Source: Lophium mytilinum (lineage: Eukaryota). From it: a DNA stretch of 64,000 nt. Below the pieces are notes generated by a model. The model did not search any database, was not told the DNA's origin, and saw only the letters and a list, made by a program, of their open reading frames with translations. Made by a program: the position numbers and the translations under genes. Positions 25,848 to 39,084 of the stretch are shown here, in pieces (position 1 is the first letter of the stretch; each line of letters starts with the position of its first letter). Location of the stretch: NCBI GenBank assembly GCA_010093605.1, contig MU004199.1, forward strand, positions 682,001 through 746,000. The letters run 5' to 3'.

Positions 25848-26939
25848 TTAATTGCGTCGAACATCCGTAAACAGCTTCCTTACCGTCCCAACAGGTCCCA
25901 TAGGCGCCACTCTCGCATATTCCATCGCCCTCTTCTCATACCACTCCGCCAACTCCTCTTTTCCCAAGAACCTCGCAACCAAAGAATCCACATGATCCAG
26001 CATCACCTGCATCTTCGCCGCAACAAGCGCCACGCGCCTATCATTCTCGTCGTTGGGGCACGTAGTCCCAAAGCCTGCCAGCACCCAAGAGAAATCCCAC
26101 ATACCAACCGCCATCTCCGCTAAGAATGGCTCGAGATGTTCCTTCAATACTTGCAACCTGCCCCGTGTTTCCGGGTCGGGTACAAGCGCGACCAGAATGG
26201 TCCAGAAGTCTTCGTCGGATTGGTTGCTGACCTGAGCGAGGACTTCTTCGCGCGGAGTCAGACGCTCTGGGAAGAGCTCGCGACGGCATAGGGGGCATTG
26301 GTCGGAGATTTGTATCCATTCGCCAACGCAAGGTTCGCAGAACACGTGGTTGCAAACCCTGGCGCTGACGCGAGGCTTGTCTGTGGTGTTGTAGGGGTCG
26401 TAGCAGATTGGACATTGATCGTCGGTTGCTTCGGCGTCAGCGTCTGCGTCTTCGGGACGATCTATGGCAGAGTCTAGGACTTTGGCTAGCGTTGCGCCGG
26501 TCATTGGGCTCAGTTCGTCCCAGTCGATGTCTGATCCATAGACGTGTGGTAGAATGAGGCCGATAGATATCCATCTCCAGCCGATCACGAGGTTTTCGAA
26601 GCGACATATGCTCTCTAGGAAGCTGACCCAAGAATCGGATAGGGTTTCTTCGCTAACTTCTAGGATCATGTTGAAGAGCTCGGTGTAATGTGTCGATGGA
26701 TCATACTCTTCGTCGCCTAGAAGTGCGAACTCATTTGGAGACATGTATTTGCGCTGCTCCTCGCGAATGGCAAGACGATAGGTCTTGAGGATCACAGTGA
26801 CATGGCCGAAAATGTGTAAGCCGATGTGGTCAGGGTCATGCTCGCATTCGAAGCCGCATCGGGTCTCTAGTATCGGTTCAAGGTCTGGGAGCTCAAGGTC
26901 TGAGAGATCAAGTTGGGGCCGAGAGCCGGACACTCCCAT
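25848..26939 (-). CDS. RING finger (C3HC4) protein, intronless
   Basis: CPICYDPY...CNHVFCEPCVGEW...CPLCRRELF. Confidence 0.85.
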   Translation of the reverse strand: MGVSGSRPQLDLSDLELPDLEPILETRCGFECEHDPDHIGLHIFGHVTVILKTYRLAIREEQRKYMSPNEFALLGDEEYDPSTHYTELFNMILEVSEETLSDSWVSFLESICRFENLVIGWRWISIGLILPHVYGSDIDWDELSPMTGATLAKVLDSAIDRPEDADADAEATDDQCPICYDPYNTTDKPRVSARVCNHVFCEPCVGEWIQISDQCPLCRRELFPERLTPREEVLAQVSNQSDEDFWTILVALVPDPETRGRLQVLKEHLEPFLAEMAVGMWDFSWVLAGFGTTCPNDENDRRVALVAAKMQVMLDHVDSLVARFLGKEELAEWYEKRAMEYARVAPMGPVGTVRKLFTDVRRN

Positions 26940-27531
26940 ATCTGTGGCTGTGTTGGTGGAACTTCTTTGACAAGTGCGTGCCAGAGTTGATATGGTAATC
27001 GGGCTTTCTGGAGTTGAACTGTGACCTAGACGCGAGACCGAGACGTGAGAGTTTATAGTCCGAGTTGGGTATTACCTTACTTGAACAATAAACTTTGCAT
27101 TATTCACAACGTCTTCTTCTATTCATTGCACACTTACAATAGTCACATTGTATTCACGGGTCTCGGCTGTTCGGTATGCTGGTATTGACGTCTTCGCGGG
27201 TTGCAGTCCTACGTAAAGCAGATCGAGATCTGAGGTTTGAGCCGTCTTACTTCTTCCAGCGAAAGCCAGCCTTGTATCAATGCACGTGGTGTTTATCCAA
27301 TTTTTTTACTCGGGGGTTGAGATCCCTGCAATCCACCTATCTCGGAGGTTAACATGCAGCAGCAAAGATAACCCGGCAGCAGCCACAACAAGTTCCACTA
27401 CTGAAGGTCTTGCGAGTTTCCACTCTACTCGGTCAAACCTAAACCTTCTTGATTCTTACATTGTGTAATCAAAGCATTCGCTAGGGTTTCACGTAACCCG
27501 TCTCAAAATGCACGAATCAACCACCCTACTC

Positions 27532-29514
27532 CTACCGTTGAAACAAACATATCATCGCACAATCTCCAACCACCACGCACCACTCACCCCCCCTACTCCA
27601 CGCAATCTGCCTCGTCGCAAAGTTGACCTTTGGGACAACGACGCTCTTATGCGCCGGAATCGGAAAGAAGGGGTCCCCAATAGCCTTCGCAGTCCCAGGG
27701 CCCACCGCCGCCTTTCCTTTCCCTTTGCCACTGACGGAGAACGATCCTAAGCTCGATGCCTGTGCGCTAGTCGCCTCACTAGCGCCCGAGGTCGCGGACT
27801 CGGCGATGCTCTCTTCACGGACGCGGGCAAGGCTTTCCTTTTCTTTGCCCTTCTTGCTTTTGGATTTTACCTTTGTGCTAACTCTGCCCACATCGCCACT
27901 CTCGAGCCTCTTTAGATCCCAGAAGAAAATTCTGCTCTTTTCATTCCCCATTGCCAGGATCGGGGAGTGGCCTAGCTCGTGAAAGAGGCCGAAGCGCATG
28001 TAGAAGAGGGTAGTGAGGGGGGCGTCGAATTGAAGGAGGCGCTGGAAGCGGCCGGGCCAAGCGGAGCGGGTGCCAGAGGAGTCGGTGTTTTGGGTTTGGT
28101 GCTTGGTATGGGAGACGTGGGCAGATGAGAAAGGGGGAATGGGGGCTTCGGATGGAGCGGGAAAGGGGTCGTCGGAGTTGAAGCCGTCGATGCGCCAGAG
28201 GAGGATTTTGTTTTCTTTGGCGGAGCGGGAGATTATCAGATCGCCGTAGAAGCGAATGCTGGAGGGGGTTAGAAAATCTAAGACTCGAAGGGGTGCATTG
28301 GCGAAATCATGCGGGAGTGAGAGATAGAGATGTCGAATCGTAGTGAGATGGACGAGAGAGAATACAATTAGAGCGCTCACCAATCTACGAAGTCGGTATG
28401 GATCTCGGTAGTTGAGAAGTGCGGGTAGTGAACGAGGGTCGTCTTGTCCGTTCCCGCAGTGTTATTGGGAAGTTCAGGCAATACCCACTGTTGGGGTCAG
28501 TCTTGAGGTTATGGGATGGTCTGGATCGGCTTGATAAAACGTACGAGATTGACCATCGTGTCCATGCCACCTGAAAGAAGGTAGCGGCCGTTTCTATGGA
28601 ATCCCTAAGATGGTCAATTAGACGCTGTCAGTGCTTGTTCATCAGCGACATACTACTGCTAAGATGCCTTCTTTGTGGCCACCCCCACCACACTTTACCA
28701 TGGTAGGATTCTTCTTGTGGCTGGGATCTAAACTCCATATTCGTATGGAATGGTCCATAGACCCCGAAGCTAGGATTCGGGGATTGAGGGGCGAGATGGC
28801 CAGGTCATTGATTAACTGGAAGAATTCAGTGGGAGCTGCCGCGAGAACGAGAAGAGCCTACCGCGCCATGTCCTGTCAACGTCTATAGTCTGTTAGAGAT
28901 GTCACGTCGGTTTCGCCCAAGGAGGTCGTCTTAGCACATACCGTTTCTAATTCTCCAGTCTTCACGTTCAGAACCTTGATCTTCGCAACTGAGCCCGTGA
29001 TACAGATGAGTGGGTCTCCATTTTCTGCCTGTGCCCATTCGAGGCTGTTGAGTGTCCACTCCTCCGCCTGGCAGTGTGAGTAAGGACGCTATTAAAACGA
29101 TGGGCCCACAAACCTCTTCCTCATCCTTGAACCACAGGAGAACTTCGATAGAATTCCCCTTTTCGAGCACGCATCTGCATACAACGGTCTACAACAGGAT
29201 CAGATAAGCACACGTGGGCGAATCATGATACGTACATCTCGATCGCCAACAACGGCGAAGACGGGATCAACACCGGGTGGTGTGTAGGGGTAGAACTTGG
29301 CATCGAACCAAGGAGCTGGAAATGAGCATCATTAGTAGAAGCGGTGAGACGTCGGATAGGTGGTTCATAAAAGCATGAACACATACTTTTGATATCTGAA
29401 TCCCTTCCCTGCGGAATCACATTAGCATGAGGATCGCTTTGGATGGACTCCTGAACTCACTCCGAGCCTCACGGTGGATCTAAGCGAGGGCAGATCAGCT
29501 GGGTGATGGGCCAT
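27532..29514 (-). CDS. EED: Polycomb PRC2 WD40 subunit EED/ESC, many exons
   Basis: FDAKFYPYTPPGVDPVFAVVG; LASGSMDHSIRIWSL; RFYGDLIISRSAKENKILLWRIDGF; FYMRFGLF...ILAMGNEKSRIFFWDL; RQIAWSRGGEWCVVVGD. Start codon inferred. Confidence 0.9.
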
Positions 29515-31299
29515 CGTGTCGGACTGCCTTGCAGAGTGAGCGATGGGTGCGTCGGCGGGGTCTTGAGCAGTAGCGTATCTAGCGGCCGCCTCTGAAATGG
29601 ACTGCTGGTGGAAAGCTTGCAGGAAAGGGCGATGGCGATCCCTGCCGGTGCCTGGTCCGCCGGTACCCAGGACCGGGTTTGTGGTGAAGTTGGCGTGGTG
29701 AAGTTTGCTTAGAGCAAACAGGGGTACTGCGCAGACGGCTGTTGAGAACGACGAAGCTCGCTGTGCACATTCTGGGCGAATTGCGAATTACCAGGCTGGC
29801 AGAGCAGTGAATTGAATACAGTGCGTGGTACTGCCGGCGGTGCGGTGAGGAGCGGCTGGGCAGACGTCTGAGAGCTAATCCCAAAGCAGCCTAGCCTATG
29901 TAGATCGCTCGGAGATCGTCGATCCCAAGCAACCACAACACCATTCAGCCATTCGGCCCCTCGGCAGCCAGCCTGCAACGCGCTGACGCGAGTGACCAGT
30001 TTCGGCGCGCGCTTAAGCTGCTGTGAAACTGCTGTCGAGTCCACAGTCCACCGGTTGGCGGGCCTGCGGAAAATTCCTCAAAGCAGGTGCCGAGGCAGGC
30101 TACTTGAGCCGTCGTGATAGTACTGCAGAGGGGCGCAAGCTGACGAGAGATGTTCTGCCTTGTTCCAGGTCACTGGGAAGATATAGCTCCTCTGGTGGGT
30201 TTGAATGTGTAGTGTCTTGTACCCGCCTATATCTCTGTATCACGCTTTAGGAGACGCCCACACCACGCCTCACTAAATCAAGTTGCTTCGCTACGAATAT
30301 CGGAGTTCGGGTCGATTCGCAAGAAAAAGCACGTGCAGGCGTGTATCTGTTGGTTGACGCTGTCATTTCCTAGCCTGACATTCCGACTCCACACCATAGC
30401 GCAGCGTTTCTCACGGCCCAAACTCTGTACTACAACGCGTCCACCGCTGCTGGGCCCTTTGCGCGGATTGCAGGATGAATTGCACGCTCTGATGCACACG
30501 GTGGACTCTGGGCCACGGAGCTTCGCGTTCTGCAGGTATATCACAGTCGGGGCTTCAACGTCATCGTCAGGCTTCACGTCGCCACCGTCCGGTAGCTCCA
30601 CGCTTCCCAGGCACGCAGACCCGCACTGCAGTCGGCCCAAGCCATTGACCCCATTCGTCTGGCCCCGTCTCGCCGGACGCCGAAAGGCAGGGTCTCTCGC
30701 CCAATGCGCCCTTTACTATTTGGCGCCCGCATTCCAGCGCTGCGACCCAGGAGCTCTTCACCACCCCACTGCATCCCCGTATTGACTCGTTCCCCCCTCC
30801 CATCGCGAAGACCCTGACGCTGCTCTTCAGCTGCCATTCGGTGTCTTGCTTGCCGTGGCTGCTTGCTGATCGCTTCACCCAGCATCCTGGTGGGGATCGC
30901 ATATAACGCCTCCCCCAGCCTGCGTTGTAACCTCGCAGCCTCATTCGCGTCCACGTCCACGGGAATATCAACGCAATTCGTCTGTTGGCTCCTCCACGGC
31001 TCGCTTTCCATCTCCAACGCAATCATTCGGCCAACGTCTGCCGCCGCCGAGTGCAACCTGCAATCTGACCCTCTCACAGCCGACCCGAGCACAAAAGTGG
31101 CAAAGGTAGCACCTTCAAGCACGACCAGACGCGATCCGCCGTGATACCCTTATAAGAAGGCCTCTGGGGGCTCTGTCTTGTCTTCACCGCCGGTCCTGCG
31201 CGAATTATTAGATTCCGCCCCAGGACCACCCGGTGCAGAAGATTGGTAGCAGTCTCGTGAATCTATCAGCCGCGTATTATATTCCCCCAATCGTTGACC

Positions 31300-32960
31300 A
31301 TGGATACGACATTCATCACCATTCACGGTCAGCCTCATCGTTTCTGCCACATAGACAGCACTGACGCTCCCCCCCAGACCTCTCGCAAGATGCGAAAATC
31401 TTGTATTCGTCCGACTCTATAGTCGACATCCTGGGCCACACTCCCGATGAGGTGGTCAACAAGTCTTGTTGGGACTTCTTCCACCCCGAAGAGCTCCCCT
31501 TGGCTCGCAAACTGCATAGTCGAGGCGTAGATCTCGACAAGGCCGCGGTGCTAGCCTACTGCCGCATTCAGAATCGTCAGGGAGAGTGGATCGGATGCGA
31601 GTGTTGTTTTTCTGTTGTCTACGATGTCATGGTCGTCTGTACAAGTATATATCGTCGTGGCGAGAGTAGCCAGAGTAAGTTGGCTCAATGTCCAATCTAG
31701 ACTCCCCGCTAATTTAGTCCAGAGCGAGCGGTGGAAGCACCACTCGTGCGGCGTCTCTTTTCGTCCTCGCCCAAGGATCCTCGATACCACATGTTGTCTC
31801 ATCTGTCCAGCAAGTTCAACCTGGGTCCTCAGGAACAGACCCACGAACCTCGTGCGGCGCTCTTCCTCAATCGATTTACTCGCACTCTCACCGTCATGTA
31901 CGCCACTAGTGGGATCGAGCAAATCATCGGCATTCCTAGCGAGGAGATGAAAGGTCGCAGCTTCTACTTCTGTATCCAGGAGAATTGCCTGGAGGATGCC
32001 ATTAGGTGTTTGGAGTCGGCTAAAGGCAACGACTCCATCGCCTACCTTCGTTTCTGGTTCCGTGATCCTCGCCAGGACGACCGCCATGACTCCATCACAA
32101 CAGCTGATAGCGAGGACGATGCTGAGATGACGGATGTGACCGCTTCTGACGATGAAGACGACAACGGAACTGGTAGCGGTACCGGAGCATCTACATCCAC
32201 CACATCCAACAGCATGGACACCCATGAGGAACGTCCCCACAACGACTCGCGCACGAACTCGGGCTCTAGCTCCAACCCCGCTGACTCCAACGAAGCCATC
32301 TTTGGGGAGGCTAGCAACCCACACTCCATCGACTCTTCAGTCGGCTCTCCCGGCGGGTCCAGCGTATCCCGCAACGACCCCATCGAGCTCGAAGCAGTCG
32401 TATCTTGCACCTCCGACGGTCTCGTCGTATGCTTGCGTCGTGCTCGTCCCATAATGCCGTCCAGCGCAGGCCACGTTCCTGCCGCAGCCGGCCAACTCCA
32501 GGCGCCTCCCCGCGGCATGTTTGCCGCCCCTTGGGCACCAGAGCCTGTGTTCTTCCCGCCGCTCCAGGCTGCTCCACCATTCCCGCTCGGTGCCCAGCAT
32601 CCAGCCATGATGAACATGCCATGGCAACAACCGCAGGTCGGCCCAAGCCAGATGGACTTCATGAACTCGATCCGCGACGTTGCGGTCTTCGCGTGGGCCC
32701 TGACTGGCATAAACGGCAGCCTCGCGGAATACTCTCGCGGCAAACCTGTCGGCGACAGTCAGCCGCCCGAGGGCTTCCCTATCTGGCAGCCTGAGGGCTT
32801 TGGCCATGACGGCGCTGGCATGCTTCCTGCGACGCCGTCGGGATACCACTCTGCTGGCAGCGGCAGCGGTGGGAGTGTGTCCGGCACTGCGCAGAAAGAT
32901 CCCTTTGGCGACCCAGGACTCAGCGGAAACAGCGGTCAAGGGAGGAACCAATACCAGTGA
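31300..32960 (+). CDS. Conserved fungal PAS-domain protein (two PAS-like segments), 3 exons
   Basis: MDTTFITIHD/LSQDAKILYSSDSIVDILGHTPDEVVNKSCWDFFHPEE; EPRAALFLNRFTRTLTVMYAT...SFYFCIQENCL; ELEAVVSCTSDGLVVCLRRARP. Confidence 0.9.
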
Positions 32961-33852
32961 TCTCTGTGGCGTCGAGAAATCGATGTCGGCTGGCGAGCAC
33001 AACATAACCCTATCATGCTTCGGTGACACGAAGCATGCAATTTCGGACTATATTATGAGGCATGACGCATGAAGATATGAGGTATGTTACGGGTGGATTA
33101 CTGAGTTGCGCAGGTGGTAGGTGGCGTGTCCAGTCCAGATCGAGCGACTTTACGCAAAAGCGATGGATCTTTCGTTTACATTTTTGCGCATGTGGGAGTA
33201 TATATTAACATTAAGACGCACGGCTATGTACCGAATTTCCGCTCCTCTCCGCTCTTGTAGGACTAACTTGGTGACGCGAGGTTGTCATCGTCGCCAGGTT
33301 CTGTGACAGTACTGACGTCGAGTTGCTTGATTTGAAAGCTGCCGGGAGAAAGAGCTGGAGGCGATTGATTGTGAGGGTTAATCCGGGGCCGCAAGAGCCA
33401 GAAGTAAATTCTGTGCGCTGGTTTCGACATTTTTATGATATTTCTGATGATCTGTCGAGCAACCCCCGGCGGCGCAAATGTGGGTTATTCAGAAGCGCTT
33501 GAACCTCTGATTCGCGTTGTCTTGAATTCACGTCTCTCGTGTTTCTAATTTTACACCGAACCACCTCAAATTACGGCAAGCAAAGTAGACTTCTGTTCCA
33601 GGTAGCGCAATACTCTCGTCTTTTCAAAAGCGCTTTGTTCTTGCAGTTGGGCGGGATGAGCTATTCCCAATCTTACGCTTTGCGTTTCACCTCATTAAAA
33701 GCATCCATCCCGAGTTTCCACCCCTATTACAATCTCTTTCCAATCGACCCTCAACCCTACTCTCCCATCTCCTATCATCAGTCTTCGCTTCCACCACCCG
33801 CCGGTTGTCTTCAGTGCCCCTTCGGTATCGTAATCCCCAATCCACTAATCTC

Positions 33853-34416
33853 TCAACTCGCCAACCCCCCCACACGCATCAAACCGCTCCTCCCCCTCCC
33901 ACGGCCATCCCCCAAACGCACCTGGATCTCGTTTGACATCAGCAACCACCCCCTCAAACCAGTCCCCCAACAACCGCGGACGCACTCACCAAATCCCCCC
34001 TCCATCAGCACCCCCGCAACCGCTCTCGCCCTCTCGCGTCGCGCGTCGGGAGTCAAGGCGCACAATTCCTCGCCGAGAGCCGCCCAGGCGGCTTTGAACT
34101 TCGTCGTGTCGGGTGGAGCGGGTGGTGTGGGTGAGGTAGTGGGTTCGGGAGGTTTGGGTTTTACTTTTTTGCCGCCGCGGCTGCCGCGGTGGGCTTTTTT
34201 CTTGGCTTTGGCTAGGGCGTCGGGGGTGGAAGCGGAAGGTGAGGGGGTTGGCGGGGTGGGGTTGCTGGGCTGCTTTATGGCGGCGGTGTTGCGGGGCTGC
34301 TTGAGGGCGTTGGCAGCAGCGGCTTTGTGGGTGAAGGGCCGAGGCGCGTCGTTGGGCAAGTTGGAGAGGGGTTCGAAGACGTTGGCGGTCGGGGCGAAGG
34401 AGGGGTTGGTGGGCAT
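33853..34416 (-). CDS. Hypothetical basic, proline-rich protein
   Basis: 187-aa ORF with ACAATG context and the same C-rich to G-rich polarity as real genes in this window. No recognised domain. Confidence 0.5.
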   Translation of the reverse strand: MPTNPSFAPTANVFEPLSNLPNDAPRPFTHKAAAANALKQPRNTAAIKQPSNPTPPTPSPSASTPDALAKAKKKAHRGSRGGKKVKPKPPEPTTSPTPPAPPDTTKFKAAWAALGEELCALTPDARRERARAVAGVLMEGGFGECVRGCWGTGLRGWLLMSNEIQVRLGDGRGRGRSGLMRVGGLAS

Positions 34417-34848
34417 TGTTGCGGTGTATAAAAGCTTGTCGGGGTGATACGGAGGGGTGAGGTGTAGTGAGATAGGTAGGATCTCGTCGAAAGGGTGGTT
34501 GGTTTAAGGTTAAGGTTGAGGTAGTAGGCACGTGGTAATGACTAAGCGACTGACGACGAGGAAGATGGGGACGCGGGTAAGGCTACGAAGTCTACAGCGA
34601 TAAGAGATACAGTGGTGAATGGTTTTGAATGGTGTTGGATGGATTGCTAACAAGCTTGCAGACTAAAAGATGAATACGCAGCGGGAATGGGATAATTCGA
34701 AAAAGACAGACCCCATGCGCCATGCCAGAATCAGTGGGAGGGTTCTCAATGGACGAATTCTTACAAAGGTATGATTTAAGGTTGCCGTACTTTCCAGTTG
34801 TGCGTTAACTCTAGCCCCCGAATGGACTAGCAGCTGCAGAATCTACCC

Positions 34849-34902
34849 TTGCTCTATCGGCACCACTGTAAGGAGTACCCTAGGCAACATGACTTTAGTC
34901 AA
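34849..34902 (-). repeat. Fragment of the MITE internal unit
   Basis: caccactgtaaggagtaccc (34861-34880) is identical to 51748-51767. Confidence 0.65.
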
Positions 34903-34941
34903 TCACAAGCTGATGTTACCTAGTAATTCATATTGTGTGAT

Positions 34942-37437
34942 TTAGGGAATATCGCTTGTGCTACGTGCGAACTTCCGCCGACAAATGCTTGAAAACTCTT
35001 GTAACATCCGAGACACCTCTTCTGTAGTGCGCGGCATCGGCTCTAAATTCCAATTCGCTTCGAGGATGGCATTTGCAAGATCAGGAGCCATCACCGGATC
35101 ATCCAATTGAAGAAAGGTGCCATGTTCACTAGTCAGACCCGGCATAGCAGGGTATGACTTGAAAAATCTCAACATCATAGGACTCTCCTCTCCATCCAAC
35201 ACTACCCTATCTCCATTCGAGATAATGCCAGACCCTTGAGCTTTTTGAAGTAAACTCCAGACCCATAGAGTCAATGTAGCGTGGTATAGAGCGAGAACAT
35301 GAATATCGGCGAGTTTCTTCGGCTTGAGGAGTCTCGCGGCCCGAAATATCTGCCCGGAATGCCAGAGTGCGATCCGAGACTTTGGGCTTTCGAACCATCG
35401 ATGAGCGTAGGGCATTGCTGAATGTGCGTCTTCTTCCGTTCCCATTCCAGCGTAATCTGAAAGCTGGTAGAATGGAACGTTCAGATGGAGCGACATTAGC
35501 TCTTGTGCAATCAGCACCTCGGGACAGTCAACTTGCAAATTGACGAGATTGAATTTGAACGAGTCTAGATTTGATATTAGTTCTGCATATCTTGAGTTCA
35601 ACACGAAATCGTTGCTCGATTGCGCGCCTGGAAGGATGGCGTTCATCTGCTGATACTCTAAAATCAACGACCAAAAGCCCGCGAAAAATATAATAGCAGC
35701 GGGGGTCATGTCTGTGATAGACAATTGAACTGCACTTAGTTGAGGTTGGCGTAGTATTTTGCATAGGGAGGGCGGCTGCTGTAGTCTGACTTGAACATCT
35801 TGTTGCAGAATGTCGAACCAAGAAGATGCCGTCTCCGCTTCCCATAGTTTTCCGTGGGAAGGCAGAGGCGTTTTCATCTCTGCATAGGAGAAAAGCACCT
35901 TAGTCCTTCGAGTGATAGAAGTGTGGGCATCCAGCGTCATGGCAAAGTACACGAGACGCTTTTGGGTCTCCTTTTCGGCCCACCTAAGCCATTTTTGATG
36001 TAATGAGAGAGCTGGAATGTCCAAGAATTCCTCTGGAGAGACATATGCGTCTTTTGAAAGCATTTTGCCCCGTCGTAGGATGGTGGCCCCTAACATTGAA
36101 TAGCCTTCTGCCATCTCGATTTTGCGGCTAACGCAGCTGTAAAAAGCTAGGTGGAGTTGGATATAGAATGCCTGACAGACCCTAGACTCTCGAAGCGTCG
36201 CATGATGTTCTTCGACCTAGAAGACTGAGTAACGTATTATGGCCAGGTAAAACCGAGCAGAACTTACAAGTCTCAATATTGATGCGCGCACAATCTCTTG
36301 AAGAGCATATCCAAATTTTCGTACCGTCTGTGAAGGCGAAGAAACGGATCCGTACGCTATGAGAGATCCAAGAAATTCAGCTCGCTGATCATCGAGATCT
36401 ACAGAAGGTAGATGTATGAATTGAATGACTTGATGCTCTTTCATATGCACGAAAGCAAGTTGGATGAGGTCATTGAGCACTTCAAGCGATGGAAATGACT
36501 TAAGGATGCGTTCTGTAGCTGAACCGCACGACGAACGCAGAATCATGGCCAGAACCCGGTCTCTCATCAATGAAGGCATACGTCTGTGAGACATTGATGA
36601 AACCTCGAATGAGCGTCTTATATCTTCTGGCCTCAGTTTTTGTGGCATAATTAAGTTGGGATACTCTTGTCTGTGGTGGTCTTCCGTACCAGGTTCCCAC
36701 TCATTGTGAACGTCTGATTTGCGGAATGCTTCAGCACCAAATCCAACAGTAGAAGGCTGAGAAACTGTAGTAGAAATCGGTGACTGTGAAACCAAAGGAG
36801 GTGGCGGTGGTGACCTGGGCGAGTTCATATCATCCAAGAAGGAGAAATCAAGGTCTCCAAGAGTCGACTCGCAGTCCTGCTGTATGAAATCCCCAATATC
36901 CGGAATATTCAGAGTGTCGTACAGAATATCTTGCATGAAATTATCCTGAGATGAGATCCCGTTATTCCCTTGCAGGTTGGTCTCGAAGGATGATGTATCG
37001 GAAACGGTTTGTTGATTTTGATCGATTGAATTGGCTAACCTCTCCGGCGAATGACTCTCAGCTATTGACTGGGAAGTACCGCCCTGATTTGGCAGCTCTG
37101 GGAGCGGTTCAAACTCGCAATGGATATTTTTCTCCGCGCATCGCTCGCACGGTTTTTGCTCTGAGCATTTCAACTTCTTTGCGGCACAGGCACGACACGC
37201 TTGATGAACGCGTTGGCTTTGTTGCCCAGAATGCGCAAGATTAAATGACTCTCTGGTAGAGCCTGTAGACCCATCACTGCCGTGCGTTCCGACGTGTCGC
37301 TTCAGGAGATCCTGTCTTGCGAAGCCTTTCGTACAAACCGTGCAAACGAACGGACGCTGTCTTGTATGGCTTCTAATATGTCGAATTAGATGGTCGGACC
37401 GGTCATATCCAGATTTACAGACTCCACACTGGAACAT
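34942..37437 (-). CDS. Transcription factor with two C2H2 fingers, a Zn2Cys6 cluster and a fungal TF domain; intron about 36217-36267
   Basis: CGVCKSGYDRSDHLIRHIRSH, CTVCTKGFARQDLLKRHVGTH, ACRACAAKKLKCSEQKPCERCAEKNIHC, FIHLPS, WAEKETQKRL. Confidence 0.93.
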
Positions 37438-37833
37438 TTAGGTCAAATTGTTCCTTTGTGACTCTGCACTCTTATGTCGCGCCGGTAGATCTGACTCCTC
37501 GGATCGATTTAGCAGATTTCAAATCTTCTTCCGGGTGCGAATATCGTTGGGGTATTGTATTATCATCAACTCATACACAAATGTTTGAACGTTTGAAGGA
37601 ATGCTTGAGGGAGACCGAGGACTTGATGCGCATTGGTAAGCTCTCGGAATTTCGGGAGAAGCGCTATTCTTTTGTGACCGAGCACTTTTGTAACTGCGGT
37701 CTAGCGCAGAATTGTACGCATCGAGATCTTTTGACATTCAACTAAATTCGATAAATTTAGATGTTCTTAATAGTCGCCAGCACACGGGCATCGTTGCATA
37801 TCTAGAAATTCCAAGTATGTGATTAGCTCGGGA

Positions 37834-37868
37834 GCCCACCGGCTGGCCACCCTATGTAGCCGGTGGGC
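37834..37868. promoter_or_regulatory. 11-bp inverted repeat GCCCACCGGCT-N13-AGCCGGTGGGC upstream of the TF gene
   Basis: Perfect arms at 37834-37844 and 37858-37868, containing CCGG. Confidence 0.4.
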
Positions 37869-38225
37869 CACATCCCGAAAGATAAACGGGTCATCCTCGT
37901 AAGCTAGCTCTACCTAATATAGCTGGCTCCACTTATGCTGTGCCGATTGGCTTCTCTTCCAACCCTCACATTCGAGACTCCTTACCTTCCACGGTCTCTG
38001 CCTGATTATTGGAACAACATTTGGCAATCTGCAGCTTTGTTAACTCTACGTGATTATTTTATAACGCTAAGTGTAGGAAAGAATGCCTTGAAAATGACAG
38101 TCTGGTAACCCTTTTTGGGAGAATGCTTTGCAGTCATTTCACTTTTAGTTGCTATAGCAGGATTCGACGGGAATAGACAAGACGCATATTATTTATTGTC
38201 AGGTTGCATTAATCTTTAAACACGC

Positions 38226-38750
38226 CTAATGCGCCCATTCGCCAACAAGCTTCTTGCCCCCAATATCTACTGCATCAGCAGCTGACTGGATGAATGCAAC
38301 CCAACGTGCCCATCCGTTATCAGGCGTGACATTGATCCACTTGTGCATCGTTGCTCTTTCAACAATGCTGTCCCCTGGCTTGAGCACTCTCTTCTCGCCC
38401 GAGTCTAAGTGCATCTCAATCTCCCCTTCGATGACCACCACGACGTCTAGCGTCATTGTTCGATGCATTATACCACCCTCCTTCCCAGCTCCAGGTTTCA
38501 GAGACATGATGCATACTGATGTGCCACCATCGGGGCAGATACGACGTGTCCCAGGGAACATCGGTTGCTTGCGGTCATGTTCGTATTGCTCAATATCGCT
38601 TTCGTTGGAGAGGTCCACCGGGAATTCGTGAGTGGATGAGATGATTTGAATATCGCCAAGCGGGATCTCCTTCTTCGGTACCTCTTGTGAGATTCTATCG
38701 GAAAATACGGCCTTTCCTTCGGCGTTGTGGGTCGTGACGTAAAGCGACAT
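38226..38750 (-). CDS. Cupin-2 domain protein
   Basis: YVTTHNAEGKAVF, MHRTMTLDVVVVIEGEIEMHLDSGEKRVLKPGDSIVERATMHKWIN. Confidence 0.92.
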   Translation of the reverse strand: MSLYVTTHNAEGKAVFSDRISQEVPKKEIPLGDIQIISSTHEFPVDLSNESDIEQYEHDRKQPMFPGTRRICPDGGTSVCIMSLKPGAGKEGGIMHRTMTLDVVVVIEGEIEMHLDSGEKRVLKPGDSIVERATMHKWINVTPDNGWARWVAFIQSAADAVDIGGKKLVGEWAH

Positions 38751-39084
38751 TTTGGGTGGAGCGGAATGAGTGACAAAATGTCAACTTGCGATGAGTCGAG
38801 GGTTGCGAAAGAGCTTTGAGCAAAAGGGCCCCCAAGTATGTATGAGACCTCGCAAGTAAATGGACCACTCCCGATTCTCTCTGTCTCTAAATTAGTCATC
38901 TCGCTCTTTCGGATCGTTTGATGGCCGAAGCAAGGGCGTGATCTCGGGTCCTCCACTTGCCCGCCTTTCTAGTGTTCTGGGGTCTCACTTCGCGTATCCT
39001 ATAAGATACTAAATTCAAAATTCTAAGCTCACATAACACGGCCGCAAGGACGGAGATCTTCTAGAGCACCACTACCTACACACC

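Noticed and set aside
29579..31290. Several short ORFs or a structured RNA between EED and the PAS gene
   Set aside because: No domain or RNA family motif recognised; consistent with a divergent promoter and long 5' leader.
33539..34447. 302-aa plus-strand ORF
   Set aside because: Non-ATG start and antisense to a better-supported minus-strand ORF.
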